Numbered from the stretch's first letter, positions 27,490 through 37,437 are shown. The stretch: DNA of 64,000 nucleotides from Minisyncoccota bacterium (GCA_041663145.1 JBAZRG010000001.1:10467-74466); one strand, 5' to 3'. Translations and numbers: made by a program. The notes: a model not told the origin generated them from the letters alone.

Positions 27490-28707
27490 CTATAAAGCTT
27501 CTCTAATTAGACTTTGGATACGGCTTTGGGGGAAGAGTTTGCAGTAACGACGGTAACTTGTCATACCCAGAATGAGAACGGTGATGCCTAAGATGATCAA
27601 TGAGTTCAATAAACCCAATCTCTTATCCATCATTCCAAAACAGAAGAGCGATATAACAGTCACCATGTCGGAGAGGGATGAGCGCACAGACAAAACTGTC
27701 GCACGGATCTTTTCTGAATTGATATGATGATTCATGAATCCTTCCGTGAATGGTCGCATGAATCCGCGTACCATATTTTGAGAGGTGACGAGGTATGCCA
27801 TGGCGGCCAAAGGGAATACTCCCATAATAAGGATTGGTAAACCAACACAGACTATCATGCCGACTATACAAGATCGCTCATTTAGTCTCGACTGGATCCG
27901 GTGAGCCCAATGGCTCGAGGCCCAGGCAACGATGTTGAGCAGAAAGAAGATCACCCCGTAATATCGGAGATCAATTCCAACAATCACAAAATACGGATTG
28001 TAGGTGAAGAACCAGATTTTGGAAGCACCCACGAGCAGGGCGCAGAATCCGATGATCCAGCGTATCTCTGGTTTGCGAATAGCATATAAGGTACCGTCTT
28101 TCATTGTTCGCAACTGTTCTCCGATACTGAATTTCTTTGTCACAACCGGTTCTTTCATATAGAAAGAGACGATCAGCGGGATGAAGAGAAACGGTAGACA
28201 GCAATATAGCGGCAAGCGCATATTGATGCTGGCCATTGGTCCTACTGCTAGTGAGCAGAATGCGATAAGTAGCATCCGACCACCGACAGCACACCCTTCA
28301 ATCCGTGAGAACTTTTTCTGAAGCCCTCTTGCGTTCAAGTTGCTATAGAGTAGGGCAACATCAGCCCCATTTTGTAATGAGTAGCCGAATGCCCATAGAA
28401 TGTTTCCGATCCAAGCGTCGAGCGGCGAGGTCATAGTGATAAAGAAGACACGGCTAGCGATATGGAAGACCATTGCAATGATCAGTGTCTTTTTTCGTCC
28501 GATGATATCTGCCAAAGCACCAGCTGGAATGTTGAGAATTACACAGAGTACCATAACTGTAGCCTCCATGAAATAAATGTCCGGCAAAGTCATGTGGGCC
28601 AATTGCTGAATCGAGATGATGAGAATTGGTCCCCAGAACAGAGGTTCACTGAACAAGATGAAGAGTTTGTAAAGTACGATATTCCTGCGTATGTGACTAG
28701 TTTTCAA
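27490..28707 (-). CDS. MFS transporter
   Basis: 12 predicted TM helices; GALADIIGRKK MFS loop motif. Confidence 0.8.
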   Translation of the reverse strand: MKTSHIRRNIVLYKLFILFSEPLFWGPILIISIQQLAHMTLPDIYFMEATVMVLCVILNIPAGALADIIGRKKTLIIAMVFHIASRVFFITMTSPLDAWIGNILWAFGYSLQNGADVALLYSNLNARGLQKKFSRIEGCAVGGRMLLIAFCSLAVGPMASINMRLPLYCCLPFLFIPLIVSFYMKEPVVTKKFSIGEQLRTMKDGTLYAIRKPEIRWIIGFCALLVGASKIWFFTYNPYFVIVGIDLRYYGVIFFLLNIVAWASSHWAHRIQSRLNERSCIVGMIVCVGLPILIMGVFPLAAMAYLVTSQNMVRGFMRPFTEGFMNHHINSEKIRATVLSVRSSLSDMVTVISLFCFGMMDKRLGLLNSLIILGITVLILGMTSYRRYCKLFPQSRIQSLIREAL

Positions 28708-29048
28708 CTTCGATCCTTTCTATTTGATTTTCAAAGTTCTATTTTCTCTGGACGCGGAATGAAAAATCCCGACTTTCGTCCAGTCGGGATTTTTCTAGAG
28801 TGCTTTTGAATTAAGGATTAACTCAAAGGTATATTAGAAACATCACGACCGGTCGCAAGTTCGCCGTGAAAGGCGGACATAGCAATATAACCGCAAACGA
28901 GGTTCTGCGGATTCCAGTTCTTATTTGTGATGTTAATATTTTCGTGCATGGGTATCATATTAAACTATGTTGTAATATTTGTCAAAATTCTGCTGAAGAT
29001 TGATTATGTCGTATAAAGATAGTTATGTTATACTGAACAAACACCAAT

Positions 29049-29765
29049 ATGGCAACAACTTTGGATGGTACAGTCGGTACGTTTGATATTGTTGGAAATC
29101 GGAGTCACGCGCAACGAGAAAAGATAATCAACAATTTCGTAAAAATAAGCCAGTATATAACCTGGCCTGTCTTGTATGTCATCTTCCATATTTTGTTTCG
29201 AGTCACGATATCTGGTCGAGAAAATTTTCAAAAAGTGCAACGACCTTTCATAATCATTTCCAATCACATCTCATATTATGATAGCTTTCTGTATCGATTG
29301 ATATTGGGTTTACGAACGCCTCATTTACCACTGCGGTTCATGGCTGTCACCAAGTTCGATTGGAGATTTTTGAATATTTTGGAGTCAATAGGCATCATAG
29401 AGTTTATATATTCTCTTTTCGGAGTGTTCACGATCGTACCGGGCCTCGGGCTAAATAAAAATATAGCGCATGCAATCGAAATCATTGAAAGTGGTGGCAA
29501 TGTTGTCATATATCCAGAGGGTCAGATCCACGTGCCGGATGGATCAGGCAAAGCGATCGGTCCTTTCAAGAAAGGTGCTTCAGTATTGACGCAAATGACT
29601 GGAGCTCCTGTGATTCCCGTTTCTTTTCGAGTCACTCACCACTGGTTTCGCAAGCGGATAAAGATAAATGTCGGCAGTCCGATCGCTAGTTTGTCAAATC
29701 AGCGAGTCGAAGATATCACCAAGTCGTTTTATGATTCGGTGGAAGCATTACATGCGAGAGTCTAG
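29049..29765 (+). CDS. 1-acyl-sn-glycerol-3-phosphate acyltransferase family (PlsC-like)
   Basis: NHISYYD (HX4D) and VVIYPEGQ (PEG) acyltransferase motifs. Confidence 0.65.
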   Translation: MATTLDGTVGTFDIVGNRSHAQREKIINNFVKISQYITWPVLYVIFHILFRVTISGRENFQKVQRPFIIISNHISYYDSFLYRLILGLRTPHLPLRFMAVTKFDWRFLNILESIGIIEFIYSLFGVFTIVPGLGLNKNIAHAIEIIESGGNVVIYPEGQIHVPDGSGKAIGPFKKGASVLTQMTGAPVIPVSFRVTHHWFRKRIKINVGSPIASLSNQRVEDITKSFYDSVEALHARV

Positions 29766-29773
29766 TCGACACC

Positions 29774-31432
29774 CTATTTGATCGGAAAAATGATTGAAAC
29801 ATTTGCTCCTTTATCGTTGCCATCGGAATGTATGGTGAGTGATCCTCCATGAGCCTTCATCATCGCTCTGGCCACAGAGAGACCGATACCCATGCCGATA
29901 GGGTGAGCGGTCTTGGCCTGATCTCCACGATAAAAGAGTGAGCCTTCGATACGTTTCTTGTCTGTCTCGGTAAAGCCGATGCCGGTATTTGCGATGTTGA
30001 GTTCAAAATGATCTTCTTTCATTTCAGTTGTGACATCTATCGTACCCTTGTTTTTGTTATATCGTATGGCATTTTCGATGACAATCAGAATAACTTCGTG
30101 GATCTTGGAACGATCGATCATAAGTGGTGGCCAATGTTCCGGTGAGGTCTCCATGTTCACAGTCAGATTTTGATGTGTGATCTCAGCATTGAGTTCATCA
30201 AGGACTTCATCGATGATCGGTTTCAAACTCATTTTCTCAATATTCAAAATCGGCGTGCCGACCTTGATGGCGGTGATCGAAAGAAAGTCATCAACGATTC
30301 TCATCAGTCGACTGGTGGCAGTACTCATCCTGTCCACAGCCTCTCTGTATTCCGTGCCAATCTCCCCGTATGCACCGCTTTGCATATTTTCCAGCTCCCA
30401 CCGTATGCCCGTGACCGGAGTACGCAGATGATGCTGTGTGATCATGATGAATTGATCTTTTGTTTCATTGAGTTTTTCCAAGTCCTTCCTAGCTCTTTTT
30501 TCTAAGTCATAAGCGGTTCTCACCTCCGCTGTTTGCTCGGCCACTTTTTGTTCGAGGTGCAGGTTGAGGAAGGTGAGTTTTTCTTTTTGAATAGATTCAC
30601 GTAAAACTCCTTTAATAAGATAAGCTGCAAGTGCTGTGAATACAATAAATGGTGCAATTCGACCCAAAATTCCAAGTGGAGTTTCGATAAATATGTTTAT
30701 AAAAAATATTACTGTCATGCCAACAGCAAGCACTTCAGTAACAACAGCGCGAATATCCATTTGACGGTATTTGAATATCGCATATGCCATTATTGGAATC
30801 CAGATTATCTCACTTACGGTACCAAGCCAATTCAGGTCAAAATATCCGAGACGTGGCAGGATAATGCTGAGAATACTTGGTGGTGTAGCACCGACGATTA
30901 TTACTAGAAGCATATATTTTAAATTTGCCTTTGTTCTCAGATCATTACAGATACGGTATTTTCTAAACAGTATTAACGTACCAAAGATAAAAAATCCGAA
31001 GAAAAATATCTCAAAAATAAATGATATCGAACCAAAATACCAGCCCCATGGATGGCTGACTGTTAACGGAAATACAGATTTGATAATAAGGTTTGTAAAT
31101 AAAAACACATAAAGCATTAATGATTGAAATATTATAAGTGACCATAGAATTATCTTATCAATCCCTTTATCTTCAGGATATACAAGAAAAAAATATAAGA
31201 ATGACGCTGCGACAGTACTTCCTAAGAAATATGTTAATCGACAATAGAGTAGAGCATATTCGCTATTTATTGAAGTTACGAAAAGTCCCATTGATATTAT
31301 CCAAATAGTGACCCATAGAATACAATGAGCGAAGATTCTTGAAGAAATTGTTTTACTACCCATAAAGATTACTAAATCTAGACTTCCGATTAAGACTGCC
31401 GTGATTCCGATTAATAAAGCATATATAGACAT
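29774..31432 (-). CDS. membrane sensor histidine kinase
   Basis: Multi-TM N-terminal domain; H-box HHLRTPVTGIRW; G-box GIGLSVARAMMKAHGG. Confidence 0.75.
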   Translation of the reverse strand: MSIYALLIGITAVLIGSLDLVIFMGSKTISSRIFAHCILWVTIWIISMGLFVTSINSEYALLYCRLTYFLGSTVAASFLYFFLVYPEDKGIDKIILWSLIIFQSLMLYVFLFTNLIIKSVFPLTVSHPWGWYFGSISFIFEIFFFGFFIFGTLILFRKYRICNDLRTKANLKYMLLVIIVGATPPSILSIILPRLGYFDLNWLGTVSEIIWIPIMAYAIFKYRQMDIRAVVTEVLAVGMTVIFFINIFIETPLGILGRIAPFIVFTALAAYLIKGVLRESIQKEKLTFLNLHLEQKVAEQTAEVRTAYDLEKRARKDLEKLNETKDQFIMITQHHLRTPVTGIRWELENMQSGAYGEIGTEYREAVDRMSTATSRLMRIVDDFLSITAIKVGTPILNIEKMSLKPIIDEVLDELNAEITHQNLTVNMETSPEHWPPLMIDRSKIHEVILIVIENAIRYNKNKGTIDVTTEMKEDHFELNIANTGIGFTETDKKRIEGSLFYRGDQAKTAHPIGMGIGLSVARAMMKAHGGSLTIHSDGNDKGANVSIIFPIK

Positions 31433-31482
31433 ATTGTGTAAGTATAATGGTATATTCTATATCGTGCTATAATACAGCAATT

Positions 31483-32034
31483 ATGGAATTTAAAGGAAAA
31501 AAGATTTTAGTTGGCGTTACTGGAGGAATTGCGGCATATAAAACGTGTTCCCTTGTAAATATATTGATTGCAAAGGGTGCCGAAGTTCGAGTTGTTATGA
31601 CTGATAATGCAAAAAAATTTATTGCGCCATTGACTTTTCAAGCACTAACTAATCATCCAGTCTATGATGATCTTTGGCAGCCTGTGGATCAAAATATTGT
31701 CGAACATATAACGTTATCGCATTGGCCAAATATAATACTTATTATGCCTGCAACTGCTAATACTATAAGTAAGTTATCTATCGGTTTGGCGGATAATTTA
31801 TTGACGACAATAATCCTAGCGAGTTTGCAAACAATAAAAGTTGTTGTTGTTCCTGCTATGAATTCATTGATGTGGGAAAATCCAATCACACAAAATAATA
31901 TTAAATCTTTAGAGCAACTAGATAAATTTGTATTTGTTGAACCAAGATCGGGTATTCTTGCATGTAGAGATGAAGGTAAAGGTAAGATTGCAGAAAATGA
32001 TGAGATTGTAAAAGTGGTTGAATCGTTATTTTAA
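31483..32034 (+). CDS. coaC: phosphopantothenoylcysteine decarboxylase (flavoprotein; CoaC domain as a separate gene)
   Basis: KKILVGVTGGIAAYKT and MPATANTISKLSIGLADNLL motifs; start taken at the internal ATG. Confidence 0.75.
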   Translation: MEFKGKKILVGVTGGIAAYKTCSLVNILIAKGAEVRVVMTDNAKKFIAPLTFQALTNHPVYDDLWQPVDQNIVEHITLSHWPNIILIMPATANTISKLSIGLADNLLTTIILASLQTIKVVVVPAMNSLMWENPITQNNIKSLEQLDKFVFVEPRSGILACRDEGKGKIAENDEIVKVVESLF

Positions 32035-32035
32035 A

Positions 32036-32692
32036 ATGAACTCAGATTTTTCATTAAAAGGATCAAAAATTCTTGTTACGGCAGGATCTACATGGATAGC
32101 TATTGACAGTGTTCGAATAATCACGAATATTTTCAAGGGTAAAATTGGTTTAACTATAGCTCAGATTGCTTCACAGTTAGGTGCGGATGTTACGTTATTT
32201 CTCGGACCATCACTTGATGTATCAACAATTGAACTACCGCCAACCTTATCTATAAAAAGGTTTAAATATTTTGATGAATTAGATGAACTTGTCAGAATTA
32301 CATTAAAAGGTCAAAAATTTGATGCTATTATACATTCTGCTGCCGTCTCTGATTTTATGATGGATAAACAAGTAATAGGAAAGATTAAATCTGATGTTCA
32401 AAATTTATCATTAAATCTGATTCCGACAAGAAAAATCATTGATGAAATAAGACATCTTGCGCCAAAAGCCTATCTAGTTAAATTTAAATTGGAAGTAGGA
32501 ATATCGGTTGATAATCTTATTGATATAGCATTTGCAAGCTTGAATAAATCAAATGCTGATTTGATCGTTGCAAATATCTATGATCCTCAGTTTCATGATC
32601 ATGAGGCATATATAATTGATAAGGATAGGAATGTTAAGAATATAAAAGGAAAAATTGATATTGCTACAGAGATTTTAAGACATGTAATATGA
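32036..32692 (+). CDS. coaB: phosphopantothenate--cysteine ligase (CoaB domain as a separate gene)
   Basis: KILVTAGSTWIAIDSVRIITNIFKGKIG motif. ATG lies 1 nt after the coaC stop (an alternative TTG at 32018 would overlap). Confidence 0.7.
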   Translation: MNSDFSLKGSKILVTAGSTWIAIDSVRIITNIFKGKIGLTIAQIASQLGADVTLFLGPSLDVSTIELPPTLSIKRFKYFDELDELVRITLKGQKFDAIIHSAAVSDFMMDKQVIGKIKSDVQNLSLNLIPTRKIIDEIRHLAPKAYLVKFKLEVGISVDNLIDIAFASLNKSNADLIVANIYDPQFHDHEAYIIDKDRNVKNIKGKIDIATEILRHVI

Positions 32693-33495
32693 ATAATGAA
32701 GAATTAGCTCCATTTCTAGAGCCAACATTTTATTGTGATGTATATCACCCGAGTATTCAAAAGGTTGCCTTAGAATTTCAGAAAAAAGCTTTGAATCAAG
32801 TTGATCTTGCAAAATTGTTATTTTACTTTGTTAGAGATGAAACATATTATCGTGTTGGACATTGGACAAAGAAAGCATCGCAGACTCTAAAAAATAGATC
32901 CGGTACGTGTACTAACAACGCTAATTTACTTATCGCGCTGTTACGTGCTCAAAGAATTCCGGCTGGTTATGGTGTTATGAATGTGGTCGGTCAAGAATAT
33001 TTTGGTCCAGTTATATTGCCAAATTTAGCCAGAAATGTTTCAAGTAGATCGAAACATGTATATTGTTTCGTCTATTTGAATAATAAGTGGATAAAATGTG
33101 ATCCATCAGATGATGAACCATTGTCGCTCAGTACTCACCATTTAAATCCACAGAGTAGAATAGTAGAGTGGGACGGAAATACCGATGCAATGTTAAATCT
33201 CGATCCAGATCATATTCTTAATGATGAAGGACCGATTGCGAATATTGATCATATTATTGGTAAAAAGATGAAATATAGGAGAATGATCCCTGTCTTTATT
33301 GGTAATAAATACATTCAATTTCTTCGAGAAAGGGGTAAGTATATAGATAGTATTGATCATTTAGATCCAGCTTTTCGGCAATGGTTATTTATGAATAATG
33401 TATCATTATATATTTTTTATAGGATTTATTTTGTATTAGAGTCTATAATAAGGGGGCACAAGATTAATGCAGAGGATATTTTAAACATTAATTAA
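32689..33495 (+). CDS. transglutaminase-like cysteine peptidase superfamily protein
   Basis: GTCTNNANLL (Cys), HVYCFVY (His) and CDPSDD (Asp) give a Cys-His-Asp core order. Confidence 0.5.
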   Translation: MNNEELAPFLEPTFYCDVYHPSIQKVALEFQKKALNQVDLAKLLFYFVRDETYYRVGHWTKKASQTLKNRSGTCTNNANLLIALLRAQRIPAGYGVMNVVGQEYFGPVILPNLARNVSSRSKHVYCFVYLNNKWIKCDPSDDEPLSLSTHHLNPQSRIVEWDGNTDAMLNLDPDHILNDEGPIANIDHIIGKKMKYRRMIPVFIGNKYIQFLRERGKYIDSIDHLDPAFRQWLFMNNVSLYIFYRIYFVLESIIRGHKINAEDILNIN

Positions 33496-33497
33496 TT

Positions 33498-35123
33498 ATG
33501 CTTGATATTTACCAATCAGCAGTTATAATTACAGCTTTCTTTTTTACAGGATTTGGAGGATTTGCTATCTGGAAAAATCAGAAAGATGTTCAAGCGCGAC
33601 GATTCGCATTGCTGTCATTTGCTTTTGCTGCTTGGAGTTATTCATGGTTTTTCTTATTAAAGACTACATCCAATGCAGACTCTGCACTTATCTTAGCGAG
33701 GATTCTTAATCTGGGTGCAACTTTTATTCCAGTGTTATTTTTGCATTGGGTATTTGTTGCAACTGAATATGAGAAAAAAAATAAGATGTTCATGTATTTA
33801 TGCTATTTAATTACTTTATTTTTTGCAGCTTTTAGCTTTACAGATCTATATGTTACTGGTGTTAGAGCAATATCAATATTTGCATATTGGCCAATAGCTG
33901 GTCCATTTTATATTTATTTTATATTTATAGGTTATATTGGTTTTATTTTGACTGGGTTAATAATGTTGATTAAAAAGTTTTTTAGCACATCTGGCATTAT
34001 CCATTATCGTACCGGTTACTTGTTTGTTGGATCAATGCTTGGATTCATAGGCGGATCAGTCAATTTTCCTATGATGTTTGGAATTGTTATTCCACAACCA
34101 TACGATCTTATTGGAATATTTATGCTTATGATGAGTCCGATCATTTTTAGTTACGCAGCTTTACAGTATCAGTTGTTCGATATTCGTAATGTAGCGGTTC
34201 AATTATTTGCTGGTGCACTTAACATTGTGTTTATAATAAATTTGCTACTAGCAAAAACATTTTCTCAAATATTTATTAATGCTTTGTTACTTGTCTTCAC
34301 ATTATCATTTACTGTTTTATTGTTACGAACATTAAAAAAGGAGACTTTACAACGCGAACGCATCGAACTACTCGCCGCTGATCTGGAGAAAGCTAATGTG
34401 CGACTGATCGATTTGGATCGGCAGAAGTCGGAGTTCATATCGTTCGCCACACATCAGTTGCGCGCACCGCTCACGGCCATGAAGGGGTATGCGTCATTGT
34501 TGTTGGAAGGGGATATGGGACCTCTGCCGGAGAGTGCCAAACAGGGCGTTTCGAGAATATTCGATTCGACAAACACGCTGGTCTCGATCGTCAATGATTA
34601 TCTGAATATAAGCCGAATAGAACTAGGTGCGATGAAATACGCTTTTGAGACGATCGATCTAAGGATGCTGGTCGAAGACACGATCGCTGAGCTCAAGCCA
34701 AATCTGGAGAAGACCAAATTGAAGTTTACTTTTGATCATAAAGACGACGGTACTGATTATCGGATGACGGCGGATCGGGACAAATTGAAGCAGGTTCTTG
34801 CAAACGTCATAGACAATTCTATAAAATATACTCCGCAGGGAAGTGTGACCGTGACACTCACTCTGGATCGTTCCAAACATAGATTTGTCTTGAAAGTCAA
34901 AGATACCGGAGTGGGTATTGCTTCTGATGTCATGCCTCGTCTATTCCAAAAATTCAGCAGAGCTGAGAATGCGAATAAGACGAATATCAGGGGTAGTGGT
35001 TTGGGCTTGTATGTCGCCAAACAGATGATTGAAGCTCATCACGGCACTATTCGAGCCGAATCAGAGGGTGAAGGTAAAGGATCAACATTCATCGTGGAAT
35101 TTGAACCGTTGGCTAAAGCTTGA
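33498..35123 (+). CDS. membrane sensor histidine kinase (multi-TM sensing domain)
   Basis: About 7 TM helices; H-box SFATHQLRAPLTAMKGY; G-boxes DTGVGIA and GSGLGLYVAKQM. Confidence 0.75.
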   Translation: MLDIYQSAVIITAFFFTGFGGFAIWKNQKDVQARRFALLSFAFAAWSYSWFFLLKTTSNADSALILARILNLGATFIPVLFLHWVFVATEYEKKNKMFMYLCYLITLFFAAFSFTDLYVTGVRAISIFAYWPIAGPFYIYFIFIGYIGFILTGLIMLIKKFFSTSGIIHYRTGYLFVGSMLGFIGGSVNFPMMFGIVIPQPYDLIGIFMLMMSPIIFSYAALQYQLFDIRNVAVQLFAGALNIVFIINLLLAKTFSQIFINALLLVFTLSFTVLLLRTLKKETLQRERIELLAADLEKANVRLIDLDRQKSEFISFATHQLRAPLTAMKGYASLLLEGDMGPLPESAKQGVSRIFDSTNTLVSIVNDYLNISRIELGAMKYAFETIDLRMLVEDTIAELKPNLEKTKLKFTFDHKDDGTDYRMTADRDKLKQVLANVIDNSIKYTPQGSVTVTLTLDRSKHRFVLKVKDTGVGIASDVMPRLFQKFSRAENANKTNIRGSGLGLYVAKQMIEAHHGTIRAESEGEGKGSTFIVEFEPLAKA

Positions 35124-35146
35124 TTATCGGAGACAATGACCTCCTC

Positions 35147-35184
35147 CCCAGGCTCCGCTACGCTGCGCCTGGGGTTTCCTTTTG
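35147..35184 (+). terminator. Rho-independent terminator after histidine kinase (may coincide with the IS right-end hairpin)
   Basis: CCCCAGGC-loop-GCCTGGGG followed by TTTCCTTTTG. Confidence 0.5.
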
Positions 35185-35198
35185 TGTCATGAGGCTTC

Positions 35199-35630
35199 TC
35201 ATTGGAACAGCCGAGCCTTTTGTGGTTTGTCCTTCTTTCCCTGCCATTCTATATACCGTTTTACCTGTACCTCATTCAAACCGACGGTGGAGGAGAAATA
35301 CCCGACGCTCCAGATGCCGTCGGATTCAAGGTATATCTCCCGAATGAACCTGAATCTTTTTCGGAGAGCTCTACTCGAATTAGCTTTAAGTTTTCCGACA
35401 GCATCTGAGACGTTGGTATTCGGAGCTATCTCAATCTGAATATGCACATGGTCTTCATCAGTGTTCATGACTTCAATCCAGAGCGTCGGATATTTCTTTA
35501 CGGTGCTGTAGAGTGACTTCTTGAGTTCTAGGAGTACATATGGCTTGAGTATCTTGTATCTGTATTTGGTGCCCCAAACTATATGGTACTGATGTTGGTA
35601 TGTGCTGTGATTAAGCTTACGAAGCCTCAT
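35199..35630 (-). CDS. tnpA: IS200/IS605 family transposase TnpA (Y1 HUH)
   Basis: YHIVWGTKYRYKIL N-terminus, HVHIQIEIAPN (HUH) and catalytic Tyr region; 143 aa. Confidence 0.8.
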   Translation of the reverse strand: MRLRKLNHSTYQHQYHIVWGTKYRYKILKPYVLLELKKSLYSTVKKYPTLWIEVMNTDEDHVHIQIEIAPNTNVSDAVGKLKANSSRALRKRFRFIREIYLESDGIWSVGYFSSTVGLNEVQVKRYIEWQGKKDKPQKARLFQ

Positions 35631-35736
35631 GGAAACAGCCTACCACATCTATGTTACGTAAGTGACTCCGACAAACACATCCCCGCCCTTCCATGGTGGT
35701 TGCACGGGGTTTGTCCGGGCGGGGTTTATTTTTATG

Positions 35737-35771
35737 TAAAAAAAGCGCGTCTGAAGGCGACGCGCTTTTTG
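35737..35771 (-). terminator. intrinsic terminator at the IS200 left end (blocks read-through into tnpA)
   Basis: AGCGCGTC-loop-GACGCGCT with flanking A- and T-runs. Confidence 0.5.
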
Positions 35772-35793
35772 ATCTATCGTCAAACGGTTATGC

Positions 35794-36003
35794 TTAATCG
35801 ATTGACGTATAGTCCATCCAACCTTTCCATTCTTTTCGTGGTCTCTTCTGGTTTTTATCGATTGAGACTCGGAAAGAAATTGGAGGACGGATTGCGATCC
35901 GAACCATTTGAGTTGCCTCATCTGGCTGAACCAACCCTACACCTGCAAGCCGCATTATCTCGAAGCAGGGTGTCGAGATATCAGGGCTTACTCTTTTTTT
36001 CAT
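35794..36003 (-). CDS. hypothetical leaderless small ORF (69 aa) abutting the IS left end; possible remnant of a disrupted gene
   Basis: ATG lies 10 nt after the -10 of a TTGACT-N17-TATAAT promoter, and the ORF ends at the IS boundary. Confidence 0.25.
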   Translation of the reverse strand: MKKRVSPDISTPCFEIMRLAGVGLVQPDEATQMVRIAIRPPISFRVSIDKNQKRPRKEWKGWMDYTSID

Positions 36004-36013
36004 ACCACTACAA

Positions 36014-36042
36014 TTATATCATGGTTGGGGTGTGTAAGTCAA
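36014..36042 (-). promoter_or_regulatory. sigma70-like promoter TTGACT-N17-TATAAT (minus strand)
   Basis: Minus strand reads cttgact tacacaccccaaccatga tataat. Confidence 0.45.
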
Positions 36043-36165
36043 GCTGACTTTTGGTAGTATTGGACTAGATAGATTCCAAGTTCATACACTCAATCAGTCT
36101 TATGAGTTGTTAGAAAATAAAAAAGCGTGTGGTTTATTACACGCTCCTGAAAGACCGTTTCTGTA

Positions 36166-37437
36166 TTAGCGGAATGAGGCGCTCATAGCCAATCCGTGTG
36201 CCACACTTGTGAATGCATCTAGGTTGATGATCTTGTCTTCATCAAACATTTCGCAGAATATTTTGCGGACAGCAGGGACAAATGAGGAACCTCCGGTCAA
36301 CAAGACCTTGTCGATTCTTTCTCTTGCGATAGCTGCGTCAGAAAGCGTCTTAGCTACACATGCGGAGATGCCGGCTAGATCCTTTTCAATGAATGAATCG
36401 AATTCAGCTCGGCTTATCGTTTCCTCAATGTGAATACACTTATCGTGATAGCTGATCACAGAACTCACATTCTTTGATAGCTCCGCTTTGGCTTTCTCAA
36501 TCGCTCGGAAGACTGCAAAGCCTTTGTTTTCACGAATCAAATGCTCGAGGTTTTCCAAAAACTTCGGGGCGTCAGCCACACGCTTCATCACACGGATTGT
36601 CTCCAGAGTCTTTCGCTCATTTAGGAAAGGAATCGCATGCCATTCACAAAGCGTATGCACGATCCATCGCGGTACCGATTGGTGAAGATCTCCATCATAA
36701 CTCAAGGTGATATCCTTCCCAAAATGCCGGGCAATCTTCTCCCACATGATCTTCGAATCGAAGGTATCGCCGCCAATATACACACCATTCATGGAAAGTA
36801 TGCGTTGGCGTTTCTCCTTTTGAGTCTTAGGCATTTCAGAATTTAAGCGCATGACAGTAAAGTCAGATGTGCCACCGCCAAAATCTCCCATTAGCACTAT
36901 TTCCTCTTTTGCGGCATCCATCTGCTTGAGATATGCAAGTGTTGCCGCGATAGGCTCGTATTCGAAGCTTATATTTTTGAATCCGGCCTTGCTGGCAGCT
37001 GTTCGGAGCCTCTTTTCTGCCAACTGATCGCAGACCTGTTCATCAGAGAACATAACCGGTCTGCCCATGACAACTTGATCAATATTGTGCCCTAAATGTT
37101 GTTCTCCAAGATATTTGATCTCTTTTAGTATGATCGATACGAGATCATCAATCTCGAAGCGCTGACCGAAGATAGTCGTGCCCGTGAAACTGGCATCCGA
37201 AAGGAATGTTTTCAGTGACTGAAGAAAACGACAAGATCTCCCTTCACTTTTAATATACTCCTCTACGGCTCGTTGACCAACGATATTGTCGTGCTTATGA
37301 TTCATGAACAGGACTGAGCGCAACGTGCTCTCATCCGAAATCATGTTGTTTATCCTCACAACTCGCGTTGAACCAAGTTCAGAAAGCGCAAGCGCTGAAT
37401 TGGTAGTACCGAAATCTAAGCCCATTATTGTTGCCAT
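36166..37437 (-). CDS. Hsp70-family ATPase lacking substrate-binding domain (YegD-like)
   Basis: GLDFGTTNSALA phosphate-1 motif and LLTGGSSFVPAVRK connect-2 motif; 423 aa. Confidence 0.7.
   Translation of the reverse strand: MATIMGLDFGTTNSALALSELGSTRVVRINNMISDESTLRSVLFMNHKHDNIVGQRAVEEYIKSEGRSCRFLQSLKTFLSDASFTGTTIFGQRFEIDDLVSIILKEIKYLGEQHLGHNIDQVVMGRPVMFSDEQVCDQLAEKRLRTAASKAGFKNISFEYEPIAATLAYLKQMDAAKEEIVLMGDFGGGTSDFTVMRLNSEMPKTQKEKRQRILSMNGVYIGGDTFDSKIMWEKIARHFGKDITLSYDGDLHQSVPRWIVHTLCEWHAIPFLNERKTLETIRVMKRVADAPKFLENLEHLIRENKGFAVFRAIEKAKAELSKNVSSVISYHDKCIHIEETISRAEFDSFIEKDLAGISACVAKTLSDAAIARERIDKVLLTGGSSFVPAVRKIFCEMFDEDKIINLDAFTSVAHGLAMSASFR

Larger units (their letters stand above)
35125..35775 (-). 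mobile_element. IS200/IS605-family insertion sequence (tnpA only), locally GC-rich
   Basis: Y1 HUH transposase gene flanked by GC-rich subterminal hairpins. At the left end an intrinsic terminator plus CCCCGCCC...GGGCGGGG hairpin precede tnpA, as in IS200. Boundaries are approximate. Confidence 0.55.

Noticed and set aside
28760-29048. Hairpins and GC-rich patch (ccgtgaaaggcgg, ccgcaaacgaggttctgcgg) in the leader of the PlsC-like gene, considered as a riboswitch
   Set aside because: No match to any riboswitch consensus I can recall (fluoride, preQ1, TPP, SAM). Left as unexplained 5' leader structure rather than a called feature.
35640-36160. GC-rich gene-free region next to tnpA screened for tmRNA / RNase P / SRP RNA
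   Set aside because: No tag-peptide frame ending ALAA, no GGAAAGUCCGG (RNase P P4) and no SRP domain IV consensus. Features are better explained as IS200 end hairpins plus an external promoter/terminator unit.
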